Part shown: positions 41,150 to 54,996 of the stretch, piece by piece
Layout: each line of letters begins with the position of its first letter
Numbering within the stretch: the first letter of the stretch is position 1
Source: Octopus sinensis
Taxonomy: Eukaryota
Direction of reading: 5' to 3'
Assembly: GCF_006345805.1 (NCBI RefSeq)
Contig: NC_043011.1
Span: 65,174,464-65,238,463 of the forward strand
Length of the DNA stretch: 64,000 bases
The notes under the pieces: model-generated
What the model was told of the DNA's origin: nothing
Seen by the model: the letters and a program-made list of their open reading frames with translations, nothing else
The model's database searches: none
Position numbers and translations under genes: made by a program

Positions 41150-41725
41150 GCATTTTTATCACTTTGATTCTTCTTCATTTCTAATATTTTCGCCTGGCAT
41201 TTCCCTGTTAATCATCTTTGAATTTGATCAGCTTAGATAAAGCCTTCACTTTCTACCTTTAGCCCTGATCTCGGGAGCTACTGATGGTTGTATTTCTTGT
41301 GTACATCATTGTGTTTGCTACGGGCCACATATTTTCCATGCCTATATTTTTGCTCCCACCTATCACTCATATGCCCTAACGCTTTTTTGCTTACCATTAA
41401 TTTAAACTTCTTTGCAGCAATTGTGGTTGCACTTCCATCATGCTTTTAGGTCTGGATTTTATGCATAAACTCAGTGAAGGTTTTGCTCTCTCTTCCATGG
41501 CAGAGTGAAACTTCTTACGTCTGAAGTGGATTTTAAGAATTCTATCATCACGCTGTTAATATTTCCAAGATATTATTCAGTCCAATTGTTGGGTTTTTGT
41601 AAGAGATTTCAAACTGGATCAATCCTAGACTTGCTTGGGCTCTAAGAAAATTACAACTATGCCCGTCTGCCTTTGGAAGTTGCATCTTATTGCAAGTCAT
41701 CACATTAGAGGTTTCCCTATCTATC
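41150..41725 (-). mobile_element. Internal fragment of an R4/Dong-like LINE
   Basis: Reverse complement aligns with 6690-7030 (IDR...CNKM..PKAD....RAQ...GLIQFE). Confidence 0.65.
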
Positions 41726-42372
41726 TACCATATTTCGCTGATATTCCATTTGAAACATTGGAAACTGTAAATAGCAACTGGAAATGTGATTACATTTATG
41801 CCTAGCCACTTGTACGTGGACTTAACTCGGATTAAGCTTATATCCGCTGGAGGGTATATCAGCCGAAACATTGTGTTAACAACAAACAAGATGAGGACAC
41901 ATATCCGTCCAATGTGAATAACGTAAATGATGTAATAAAGTCTCATATTACGAATATTATTTATGAATATTACGAATATAAAATATATATTTATGTAATA
42001 GATGAGCTGATATTCATACTGAATTAGTTTTTCGCTGGAAACAATTAGCAAGGTTGAACAAAAACAACTTTAAATTACATAGATAGAATGGTAGGTTTTT
42101 TTTCTAATTAAAAAGGTAAATATAACGCATGATAACAATAGGAGTTTTGCATGGGAAAAATAGACTGGAACGAAAAATGCGGGTTCTGTATCGGAGGATA
42201 TTCTTAAGCATTCGACCTTGATAATTACAAGATTATATAATTATATAACCCTGTGAAATTACGCCAAAAGAAGAAAGTAAACTAAAGATATTTCAGCTGT
42301 ATTTTGATTTGCGAAAGAAATTCCTGAAATTATTGTGTGAATACTATGTGCAATGTGGTGGGTGTTACTGTT

Positions 42373-42545
42373 CTAGTCGTGTTCTCTATTGAGGCTCGGT
42401 CTGTCCGCAGATATGTGTATAGCCTCTGTAATCTGTCGAGGTGTCGAGTCTTTTCTATGCGTTGAAAGTACTTTAACCACATTTCCGTTCGAGTCATCGG
42501 ACAGCAGCAAAGCCATGGAGTGATGGGACTTGGATGAGGGTAAAT
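42373..42545 (-). mobile_element. Penelope-like GIY-YIG C-terminal remnant
   Basis: VKVLSTHRKDSTPRQITEAIHISADRPSLNRE resembles the R.I.EAI.I...PSLN end of PLE endonucleases. Confidence 0.55.
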
Positions 42546-43087
42546 TAACACTGCTGTTAAAATTAATGACACGCACTCAATCATACACACACGTACACAC
42601 AAACACACACACACACAAGGCACAAACGCAGGTGAACATAAGGATACACATCTTAGAAGAACACAATAGTATAAGAGGAGAAAGAAGACGCACGAAAACG
42701 AAAAGTGGCCACAGATGTGTGACGAAAACCAAGCGGTCACACATGTGTAACGAAAGATATCAGGACAATAGACAGGAGTTAAAATAATAAAATAAGAACA
42801 GTGAGAATCATGTGGAGAAATATCTATATAGTGAGTGTTTTATTTGGGAAAAGAAATGACCATCTCGAAATAGAACAATGTGTATGTTTCAGAGATTGTA
42901 AGTAAAAATATCAGTACTGAAGACGAACTGTACCAAGCAGAATAAAATAGCAGTACAATCGTTTCGGCTTCGGACTGTGGGTGTGGTATGATGTAATAAC
43001 ACCAGATGCAACTCACAGTTCTGTAGGCCCTATTCAGGCGATATAACATGCGTTTAAGTTTTACCTTTCGGTTTTGTTTCCAGCAAT

Positions 43088-43239
<152 letters not shown>

Positions 43240-44184
43240 CAGTACAGATCCATTTGTTACAGCGAGGAAGATTTGATTATTAGGAAACTAAAAAGATAAA
43301 TACACAAACTATCAAGCATGAATCAGGGTGGGGCTGTTTAAATTTGTAATGAAGAACCATTTGATAGTTAAATAAAACGTAAATATTTCTAAGTATATGG
43401 TGTATATGGAGGGACAAGAGAATGAAAACCTCCAGCGCGTGTAAGCTTTTGAAATATGACTGGGGCAATCAAGGAGAACACCATGGTTAGATTAAGGCAA
43501 TTAGAATTTGTAGAGCCGTACCTTTACGCTCATGCACAGACACACACACACAGGTATACTCGCACGCACATACATATGCGCAAACATATATATGCATTTA
43601 AGCACACACATAGAGACACACTCACACGTGTACATGCACACATAAAGACACACAAAAGTATATATATATATATGTCTCTGTACACACAGACAAACGTGAA
43701 AGCTCACGCTCCCACTTCTACACAAATATACACATGGATACAGCCCCGTGCTTTCGAGCTCTCACTCATATACGCTCACATATTCACATATAAGAAAATA
43801 TTTTTACACCCATCCCGTTGGCAGATATACAAACTTAAAATTTCCATCTTAGTGAACAGCAGAAATTTAGGGATCTTACATCTGAACATGATATGCAATA
43901 TTTCAGCCAAAATGTCTACATTTAGCCGTATTCTTTAAGGGGGCAAATCGATAGATATAGCGATATTTATATTCACTATCACATAAGCCAATATAGGCCT
44001 TCGTATAATACGTATTATTTGTTAGGAAGGCAGTAACGTTTGCCTCATATATGATAGATTTAGTCATGCATCATTGGTCAATTAGACGTGGTCCTGTAGT
44101 GCGACATTTGCAACTAGATTTTAGCTATTGCAATTGAGCACATGTAAATATATTCTCTATATTGGGGCACTCTATTATCAGTTA

Positions 44185-44430
44185 GATTATCACTAAGAAG
44201 TATCCTAGACATAGGCAAAGGAAATTTATTTGATTCACCACCCATATTGCCCGAAATGGAAAACGAACTTAGGTAAAGGATTGTTGTCATTCTTAGACAA
44301 ACACATTCCAGCAACTCCCAGTGAGAGAAAATATTTAATTGGTGTCGGGTAACACTATCTGCTGCCACAATATGAAGTCTATCATTACAGGTGGTCAATA
44401 CCAAGAGCCTGAATCCAGTAGTAATTGTCG
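44185..44430 (+). mobile_element. Penelope-like linker remnant
   Basis: RQRKFI*F, HPYCPKWKTNLGKGLLSFLDKHIP and CCHNMKSIIT resemble IIWFNPPY..VKTNIGK.FL.LIDKHFP and SCMPNMKSII. Confidence 0.55.
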
Positions 44431-44898
44431 CCACGAATAATCCGGTTCACTTAAACAACAATGTATGATGAAATCTATCGTTTAAGTGGCAGAGGTTAGT
44501 GCAACCGTAAATAATAATAATAAAATTGATAAAAATGCGAAATAAAAGTAACACTTTAACTCTAGTCGAAACAGATGCGTCGTATTTTCCAAATAAATCC
44601 TGAAGATGTTTCTGATTTGGTGCTTATAATATTTTATTACATATAATGTATGACACAATGTCCAAGAAGGGGAATAAAGGAATAATAATAAAAATAAACA
44701 GGTTCAGGATAAAACATTATGTAGAAAAAGAAGAAAGAGTTGAGTTAACGGAAAGTTTGGAAATTCGGAAATAATTTTGAACATTGCCATCGAAAAAAAA
44801 TTGAACTTAAATTGTATATATATAATTTTGTGTCAGTGTGTGTGAATGAGTTCACGTGTAGAAACTTGTTTCTGTCTATGTATATTCACACTTCTGGT

Positions 44899-44967
<69 letters not shown>

Positions 44968-45033
44968 ATACATATATATATGTACAAATATAAGCAGAAA
45001 CACGCATACTTACACACATACATAAATACATAC

Positions 45034-45072
<39 letters not shown>

Positions 45073-46192
45073 ACGGGGTTCCGTTAGCTACCGTCTGCAA
45101 AACACCCTCAAAAGGCATTGGTCGGACAGAGTCTATAGATGTAATTTGCACAAGCTGAGACTGAACTTCTGTCAGTAGCGCTTTACTAAATGCGTCGTAC
45201 TAATTCAGATACGGCGAAATTCATCTTGCACGTAGGACTATCTTGCGGAACCACTTACACTTACACATGGGTAGCCCCTTTGTACAAGCATTCAGTTGTA
45301 ATAACTAGCAACCAGAACTACAATAGTATATCAAAGAACAACGAAAGCTGATGCTATCGCAATAGTTCGCTAGCCATAAATTCAAACTGCAAGCATACAG
45401 GAGATTCAATGCCAGGTGACACGTCACCCACGCAGAAGATGCGAACATCCAGGTACCGAAGTCCCCCACCCCCAACCGAAGGCAATTACACCATCACAAT
45501 TATTATACGGATGGTGGTGCTAAAGCATGTGTACTAATCTATCTTTCCCCGTTACATATTGGAAAACTGATAAAAAGAAGCAAAATTGTTATGCATTGTT
45601 TTCGTTAGTTATTTGTTACAAGGAATCAGTTAAAAATGATGTTTTAGTGTAGAAAATTAGACTTTAGATTTCTGGAGTAATAATACCTTGTATGGTCACC
45701 AAGCTTCATACAATTAAAAAAAGATGATCCCCATGAATCTTCACGATATCCAATGCATCAAATTAGATAGGTAAAAATTCGAAGTATTAAAATTGTATGC
45801 AAGCGAAGAAAACGGGGAAAATATGCATGCATAACCTAAGAATAATCTGCACAAACGCTCAGAAATTGTGTTTTATAGAAAACCCGAAAATGATCTGCAG
45901 TCAGTTGCCTGAAAGTCTCAAGGTCCAGGTCAAATTTCAGGTCCCTATGCTGTCACAGCCTAATCGTATCTGTCAGATTCATATCAAATATATATATATA
46001 TATATATTGAGTATATTTAAGAGCCATAAAGAAGAAACAACAACATCAATTTCCTTTGATTTGACAAATATTAAATTCACAGTAACTTATTCTAAGTAAG
46101 ATTCTGATCGTGCCGCATGCAGCGGCGAGGACAGCAGAACAATTGCCTTAAATATACGGAGTGTAACATATGTTATTTTATATTTACATATA

Positions 46193-46268
<76 letters not shown>

Positions 46269-46345
46269 TATATATATATATATATATACATAACCAATCT
46301 TGAAGACAGCTTTTACATTAAAACCGGTGGTGAAGCAGTAAAATT

Positions 46346-46385
46346 ATGATGAAAATTGTCGCTTTTATTTTTGTTCTCTTAATTT
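46346..46385 (+). CDS. Exon 1 (signal peptide) of secreted Cys-peptide gene, copy C
   Basis: aattATG ATG AAA ATT GTC GCT TTT ATT TTT GTT CTC TTA ATT T|gtaagt = MMKIVAFIFVLLI. K, I and V are shared with B through synonymous codon changes. Confidence 0.65.
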
Positions 46386-46542
46386 GTAAGTATTTTTTAA
46401 TTACTATCTCCCTAATTGATCTGACAATAATTTCCAATATATCTCTGTGTTTCAATCAGTGTAAATAACAAAAATCTAGAGCAGCGTGTATTTATCATAA
46501 TTCCTCTTTGTAAATATATTTCTCTATCGACTTAAACAATTA

Positions 46543-47700
46543 CACTGTGCGATGAAAAAAAGGTTCTCTTGCTATTTAATCATTTTCAAAAGGTTTGGGG
46601 CAATGTTAGGGTGACGGAGTCGTATCTGGCATCAGTTTTCAGACAACATGTGCAGTTGTTTAGTTATTCAAAGCGTATTCGATGCGATTGACAATATTCA
46701 CAAAGTATTAGACTATTTGCTTTCGATTTACATTCATATTCTCATCGCTGGAACAAAAAATAAATTCTGATAGAAGAAAATATAGGCTGCGTGTTAAATT
46801 GCCACCCAAGATGAGAATTAATTCATTTTTCTTCGTCATCGCTGTCATTATAGTATTGAAGGCGTTCCGAGTGATACAACAGATCGCTGTGATGAACCAG
46901 GATCTTCAAAAAAGTTTTCTCATTTATTAATTCAACCTAAGTTGAATGATTAATCATGATTTACACTCAGGGGTAACCAAAAATGTCAAAAATACTGGAA
47001 TCCAGTTTGAAACAATCAAACCTTTTACAGGATCGTATATAAAGCTAGGCGTTTGGAAATCGACACACAAAATTGCATTTTTTTTTACGAAGAAAGACGA
47101 AATTTGCTTTTGTTGTGATGTTGGAGGACTATTATTTGAGACGGGTTCTGGCTATAATCCCGAAGAATGGTGACACTTAATACATTTTAGCAAAGTAAGC
47201 CTAAGACCTGTTTTTCTGAATAATGGCAATTAAAATCATTCAATACCACTAGTACATGCTGTAAGATTAAATGATACTTATGAATCAATGGTTAAAATTT
47301 CGCTCTTGATTATATATTGTGAACACAAGTGTAATATATGCGGGGTCTTGAAAGTTATTGGTTTGCTTCTTGGGTTGCAAATGGGGTATAAAATTCACCC
47401 GTGCATTATGTGCCTTTGGAAAAGCGAGAGGAAAATCATCACTTTGTTCCAAAAAATTGGCCAACGTGAAGTGATTTCAATCAGGGAGATACAACGTTAA
47501 ATAAATCCCTTTAGTTGACCCTCATAAAATTTGCCTTCCTCCCTTACACATTTAAGTTGGCTTGTTTAAGAATTTTGCTAAATCTATGAATGAAGATCGT
47601 CCACGATTCAATGCAAGTCTCACGCGATTAGAACCAAAAGCTTTAATATGAAAAATATCGCTAAGATTAATTATACACTATTCTCTGTTTCGCACGTTAT
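46543..47700 (+). mobile_element. Degenerate DNA transposon, probably Chapaev3-type (CMC superfamily), in intron 1 of gene C
   Basis: Starts CACTGTG. Remnant YNPEEW*HLIHFSKVSLRPVFLNNGN..SIPL.HAV...YESM...Y.EH.CNICGVLKVIGLLLGLQMGY..CIMCLW matches a transposase motif I recall from this group; the family name is from memory. Confidence 0.55.
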
Positions 47701-48350
47701 TACAGGCCGCGCTTTGTTCTTCAGCAGAGATTCCCATTTGTAAGGTATATTGCAATCACCACACAATGTCGGGAAAAAGCGTGTCAGTAATGAAGGAGAA
47801 AAACAACTAGTTAGATTAAATCGGTGTCTCCTCTAAGAAATACTGATGTTTTGGAAGAACTTTGGGAACGCCAGTCCAAGGGGAATATATATATATATAT
47901 AAATATACTGAAAATATGCAAAAAGAACAAAAGACGTAATGGGTGTATAAAAATATAAAAATGTATCATTCTAAGGTTCCGGAAGTGAGAATCATTTACA
48001 TTTCGAGCTTACGCACTTCGACGGAAAGGAACAAATAAATAAACAGGGAGAGAAAATATAATAGGTTCCATGGCTAGCGATTTATCATCGATAATGCCGG
48101 ACAAAGGAATCACTCCCTCCGTCTTCCCATTCTCTTGGCCTTTCCTCTGTCCTCTGATTCAGAAGAGCTTTGCTCAAACGTAATGCTATCTTTCTTTCCC
48201 TCCCTGAGCCTCTGCTAAAACGTTGCATGTACCTCGCCCTTGGGTTGTTTAGTTTTTTCTTCCTGTTTTGGGGTGGAATTAATTATGTGTGTTTACACAC
48301 CCACAAACGCACACACACACGCACACACACACACACGCACACACACACAA

Positions 48351-48388
<38 letters not shown>

Positions 48389-48461
48389 CATAATCTATCG
48401 GTCTGTATATACGTGACAGCCTGCCTATATATGTATGTGTGTGTGCAGATATGTATGTGTA

Positions 48462-48507
<46 letters not shown>

Positions 48508-48510
<3 letters not shown>

Positions 48511-48682
48511 TAAGCAATAAGGGTTTAGCAACGAGTTGCCTTACCACATACCGAATTTAGAAATAGCAGTCAAAGGGTTATAGCTATTTCTTAGTAGAAG
48601 AAATAGCTATAACCCTTTGACTGCTATTTCTAAATTCGGTATGTGGTAAGGCAACTCGTTGCTAAACCCTTATTGCTTAGTA
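48508..48682. repeat. Perfect hairpin: 85-bp arms, 5-nt loop (agtag)
   Basis: 48508-48592 is the exact reverse complement of 48598-48682 on manual check. Part of a 48508-48782 insert in the (TA)n array that is absent from A. Confidence 0.9.
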
Positions 48683-48778
48683 TTACTTAAATTTTCCTCG
48701 AATGAGGCTTTTACATGCCGAAGACTACTTGGTGTAATTGATAATTTTTCCAAATTAATTAATTTCACCTTCATTATT

Positions 48779-48853
<75 letters not shown>

Positions 48854-48988
48854 ATATATATATGTATATACTAATGTTAAATATGAGACCTTCTGTTCTA
48901 CTTTCTGCTGGCGATTTAAGTTAGACTGACAGTTTAAATTAAAGATCAATGTAAATTTACGATTTAAAACTTTTCTTTGAAATCCTAT

Positions 48989-49092
48989 GTGTATCAAGTT
49001 CCTGCATTATCGGCATGTGTACAGGTTACTCTGGCTTTCGTTGTGGCACCTCCTATAGCGAAAATGCAGGCGTACGTCCTGCCCAGCGGTAG
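48989..49092 (+). pseudogene. Exon 2 of Cys-peptide gene, copy C, with mutated acceptor (AG>AT)
   Basis: Identical to 487-590 but preceded by tcctat instead of tcctag. Confidence 0.55.
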
Positions 49093-49225
49093 GTATGAAA
49101 AAAGTAAGAAGGTTACCAGCATTGTTGTTGTTGTGTCACCGTCTATCGTCAAATTGTGTTCTATTATAATTTAATATTAGACAATATATATATATATAAA
49201 CATAGGGTATATAATATATATATAT

Positions 49226-49272
<47 letters not shown>

Positions 49273-51089
49273 CCCTATGTATATATATTTTTTTATATAT
49301 ACACTAGTGGAAAAATGGAAAAAATTAGAGGAGATATAATTTATAGACATTTGTATTTCTAACTCATTTTTACCCAATAGAATTTTTACTGTTCATTCTA
49401 AAAACTCTGTTCATTATTAACAATATCGTTCGTAGGATGTGATTACTAACTAAATAATTTATAATAAAGAAAATATCAATTTGAGAAATTCATCGTGTAC
49501 AAAATTAAAGACAGTTTGCAGTAAAATTTATAATGTAATATCTGACAACACTCGGACCTTGGTAAACTGATTGACCTAACAATGCAAAGATTAATATGGT
49601 TTAGAAGTGAATATGTAATCATGAAAATACAACAAAATTTTGAAAGCCTGAGGATGCGATTGGTTACATAGGAAAAAAAAGAAAGATTGGAATTGTCTGC
49701 TATTATTAGTAACATTAAAGTATCACGCTTGTTCTCCCATACTCAAGCATCTAAATATGAGAAACCGAAATTCGAGGTTAATCGTTGCCAATGAGCACTA
49801 ATTTGGACGGATGACAATCTTTATGAAGAAGCATGCTTGATTGTGTCCTTAGAAAAACGGCAAAACCACGGAAAACAGGTGTTTTGCAGGAAGGTATGAA
49901 ACGGAGGCTGCCGTTAAGAGACCGTTTTAGAACTGCTTCAGGATGTTTTGTGGTTGTCCATTTGAAAGATGTCGGTTTTCATGCCTGTTCCCCTGTCACT
50001 CATTAATATGAAGAACCGAAAAGCGAGGTTAAGCTTTGCCAAAGAGATTGTAATTTAGATGGATGACAATTGATTCTGTCTGTTCCTCAATGACAATTGC
50101 AAGATCAGTTTGTTTGTCTCCGGTAATAGGCAGGACATGAGACGGCTGAAAAATGAAGGATTGCTCCCTAAATGCCTGAAGATATGAGTGAAACATTCAG
50201 TTAGGCTTATAATGATATGGTGAATGGGTTCTACGGCAGGTGCTGGGCAATTTACCAGGGTCCATACTAATGTGAATGAATCATATATTGAATCATCCAA
50301 CAAATTACGAGACATGAGAATTAAGTCCATTTCGGGATTATTTAGACGCCATTTATTCAACCGATAATGTATATATATATAGATACAGAACTGACAGAAA
50401 TCAATAGACACGCCATAATACATTGTTTAATATTTATTTTCTTATTTTCATGTTTCTAAGGTCATTTTGCTACGCTATATTAACAGCTATTCTACAGACA
50501 CAAATTATTTTAGAATAAAGTGCTATATGAGAAGTATATTATGATGAAAACATGCCAATAAAAACTTGCTGTGGCTTGGAGAATGAAAAAGAGGTAGAAA
50601 AAGAAAGAATATATTATTTGAACTCAAATTAAACGGTATAACGAGACGAATATTTTTGGAGAAACCTCTGTCTAAAAATATTAAACAAAGACGTATTATG
50701 ATTTTTTTTACATTCCTATTAATGTTTATTATTCTCTTTAATTCGTATTTATCAAACTATGTACATATTAATACTGTATTAAACTAATAAAATGGGCACT
50801 CAGTAAAAATATTAATTATTAAATATTTAATACGATAAAAACATTTAATAAAAATGATATAAAAATATATATTTTTTGTGGTCTATATGCTGCTATCTAC
50901 CCTCTATGAATTTTCGGATAGATACAATTTCTAACATTGAAGAAAACATCAAAACATATATAATAGATGGGATCTTTTTCGGTTATATAGATAAATACAT
51001 TTAATTATATTGTTAGTAGTGTTACATGCATTAAATATGACTTGTCTAAAAAAAAATTCTCATACCTATGGTATCTGTTATGTTATCAT

Positions 51090-51135
<46 letters not shown>

Positions 51136-51194
51136 GTATTTTTTATGTTATCATTATAATAATAATAATAGTAATAATAATAATAATAATAATG

Positions 51195-51274
<80 letters not shown>

Positions 51275-51469
51275 TATTATTATTATTATTTAGTAGTTTT
51301 ATTTTTATAGCGTGCTTTCACTTCACTACCGAGCGCAGCTCTGTGTGCCTTGGGTATGTGCTGTGATTTGTTGTGATGCTCTGATGGTTATTGTATGGAA
51401 AGTGTTCTGCGTAGGATGTGTGCAGTGCCTAGTAGTGCAATTTTCTGTATGTTATACTGTTATACTGTA

Positions 51470-51553
<84 letters not shown>

Positions 51554-52604
51554 TATTATTATTACTATCATTATTATTATTTTTTATAATTTTTATATTC
51601 ATTGCCTGTAATCTAACTGGGAATGATGGTGTTTGTAGCTCGCGCGCTCTGGGCATATGGCGTAGTGTTTAAATGCGCGGGTTACCAACCCCGAAATTCC
51701 AAGTTCGATTCAAGGCAGTGACCTTAATAATATGAATAATTACAACATCGAAAAATAACTCAGGAAGAAGAACCAGGTCCAAAATTACTCGCAAGACACC
51801 CGATGAATGCTGGAGGGTATATCAGCCGAAACCTTCGTATCCACAAACAAAATGAGGACAAAATCCGTCAAATATGAATAACGTAAATAACTTAAACAAT
51901 ATAAGTAGAATTTAGACTGAAAAACATTCCGCTTACGTTAAAATTTGTGAAATAGATTTCTAATGTATTTTTTTAGTGAGAGGCAATGAATTTTCTAAAT
52001 ATATCTTTTGTTTTGTATTGCAAATTTAAAAATAATTTAATTTCGATAACATATTGATATAACATGTCTTTGTATTGAGCTAAAGCTTTCTGGTTTTCAA
52101 AAAGTCGAAAATATTTTGCCAGATTAAATTTAAATGATGAAGAGAATCGGACGGTTTTTGTGTTTTGTAAATGGTTTACAAGCACCTTCCTCGCTGCAAT
52201 TGGATTTGTTTCAGCACACGATCTCCGATCGAGTCACTGCTAATCGTTCTAAACATCGAGTGTTATATATGAGTTATCCTTCATTTATTTCAGTGTCACA
52301 TTTCAGTTTCTCTGGAGAAATCATTTCGTCTTATGTTTTTGCTCATTTTTTAATATTTGTGGCATTCGGGATAATAACTTTGTACTCTGTAAGTTTCTCC
52401 AATCAATTAACTTGATATTTTTAATGAGTTGATACGATAAAAACGAAGAACAAATATTTTTCATTGTTTCTTGTAAGCTTCCAGCCATTTACTGGGGATA
52501 TTCTTGGCAGGATTTCTGTATAATGTTACCAGGCTCAGAATTTCGTTTTAACTTCACGAGTGTTTTTTCTCATCGGTTATCAAGTTGTTATCAACGAACA
52601 CATA

Positions 52605-53878
52605 CGAGGAACGTTCAATAAGTAATGCCCCTGACCCACTTGCAGTTGTTTGATCTAGCTGAAACATGTGCAATTATTCATATCTCTATAGATTAAGTGG
52701 CAAATTACAGCTCTGAACTAATGTGGTTTCTGATTCACAGGTGTTTGAACTGAGTCAGGTGTGAAATGGAGCCTATTAGGTGTCGATGCAGTGATCCGGT
52801 TTTTGTATTGAAAGGACGCACAACCACGGAGACCTTTGATGAAATGAAAGTAACTTATGGGATGATGCCCCATCATATGACCTTGTAAAACGCTGGCATC
52901 GTGAATTCAAACATGATTGGAAAACTTTTTGGAAACAGCCCCAGATTGGTCGCCCCCCTTCTGCCATTGATGAGGCATCTGTCCGTCAATTTGAGGCTGC
53001 CATTTTGGAAGATCGACGCACAACTATTCGCCAAATAGCCCATGAGGTCAGGATTGGTACCGGGTCTCTGGAAACTATCATTCATGACCATTTGCATATG
53101 CAAAACGTGTCTGCCAGATGGATTCCCAGGTTGCTCAAACCTTTCCAGAAGCAAGAACGCGTCGAGTGCTCGAGGATGAACTTGGAGATGTGCCAAGAAG
53201 ACGAGTCAAAATTTTTGAAAAGGCTGATTACACAGGATGAAACCTGTGTCCATCACGATGATCCAGAGAACAAAGCCCAGCCAATGCAGTGGAAGCACCG
53301 TGACTCACCTCCTCCCAAAGAAAGCAAGGGTGCAGCCCTCCGCTTGCAAGGTCATGCTCACAGTCTTCTTGAACCAAAACGGAGTAGTGATGACAGGTTT
53401 CCTGGCAAAGGGTACCACAATTACAGGGGCCTATTATGCTTCCCTTTTGAGTAAATTAAGAGAAGCTATCAAAATCAAGAGGTGGGGCAAGATCAGCAAA
53501 GGCATCCTCCTCCTGCAGGACTACGCTCTGGTCCACAACTCGCTTGTCGCCAGATCAGAAGCACAGGCGTGCGGATATGAACTCCTCTCCCAACTCTCCT
53601 GACCTTGCACCCTCTGATTTTCACCTCTTCCCAGCCATGAAGTTGTTTTTGAAAGAGTTTCCCAGATGATGCAGCCTTGATTTCTGAAGTCACGTCGTGG
53701 TTGGAGGACCAAGCTGGGGTCTTCTACAAAAGCGGTCTCTAGAGCTGCATCAAACGATGGGAGAATTGCGTAACTCTGGGTGGTTCCTATGTAGGAAAAG
53801 ACTAATAACTGTGCCAAATTTCGTTGCTCTACTTCTATGGGAAGTGGGTTAGGGGCATTACTTATTGAATTCCCCTCG
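52605..53878 (+). mobile_element. Mariner, block C copy of 9294-10578
   Basis: Same TIRs, TA duplications and flanks. Has CAA where A has the TAA stop, but carries several frameshifts. Confidence 0.95.
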
Positions 53879-54996
53879 TAACTATGCTGATAATATTGGC
53901 TTTTCCTCAAATTGAAAATAAGGTACAATTGTAAAATTATGTGTCATAAGTAAAGTTAGGGACATTCTCCTAATGAAATTGAAACTCTTATTAACAAAAT
54001 AGTCATGTGATACGATTTAAAGACTTAAAAAATTACGAAGCAATAAAGAAATAGATTTCAGCGTTTACTTCTCCGTTTTTACAGCAACTCTCAAATATAT
54101 ATATTGTAGAATCAATAAAAATTACAAATAATATCAATCGTTATTGCACCATTCTCTTCATTTAGATTTGCATTATTACATTAACGGCAATTACAGTAAG
54201 GAGCAGTGTTGCATGGACCTCTGAAATGAGAATAGTAAACGTTATATCGATAACAATCTGTATTCCTAAATATGGAAATTGATTGGATATGAAGTTTGTG
54301 TCTATCGCAAATTTAACGTGCGTTTTCTGAAACAAATTCGATATTTCGTTCGAATATTTCATTCGGTTAAAGTATGGGTAGGGTAGTAGGACACTAATGC
54401 ATGAATTAAACATGATATCGATTCTCTCATAATAAGGTAATCGTCAGTACTGTATCGTACAAACTGTCCATTAGAGATGGTTACAAGGTGTAGTCCAGCA
54501 TTACGACGACGATGATCACAGTGATACGATCAACGGAACAGCTTGCTCCTGACATTAACGTGCAAGTGGCTGAGTAATCCACAGACACTTGTACTCTGAA
54601 CGTAGTTCTCATGGAGAATCAGCGTAACACAGAATATGACATGGGTGGCTCTTTAAAATGCAGGTACTACTTTGTTTTTGCCAGCTGAGTCGACATAAGC
54701 AAAGTTAAATAAAGTGTCTTGCTCAAGGACACAAACGCGTTGCCGTGAACGGAACTCCACACCTTATGACCGTGAGCCGATTGCCCAAACCACTAAGCTA
54801 CTCGCTTTCACTGGTGATGGTTATATTTCCCATGAATAATAGTTCTATTGCCATTCTAATGGCCCAGGAATTGACAAATAGCGAAGGTTGTCTGAGATCA
54901 ACATATGAAAACTATGACGATGCAATCAATAATATTCTCAGTATAATGCGAGCGCGAAATATGCGGATTTTATTACCCTTTTTTTCAAAATATTTA

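Noticed and set aside
42345-42460. Plus-strand MCNVVGVTVLVVFSIEARSVRRYVYSLCNLSRCRVFSMR, signal-like with C-x4-C
   Set aside because: It is the antisense of a Penelope endonuclease remnant and has no paralog.
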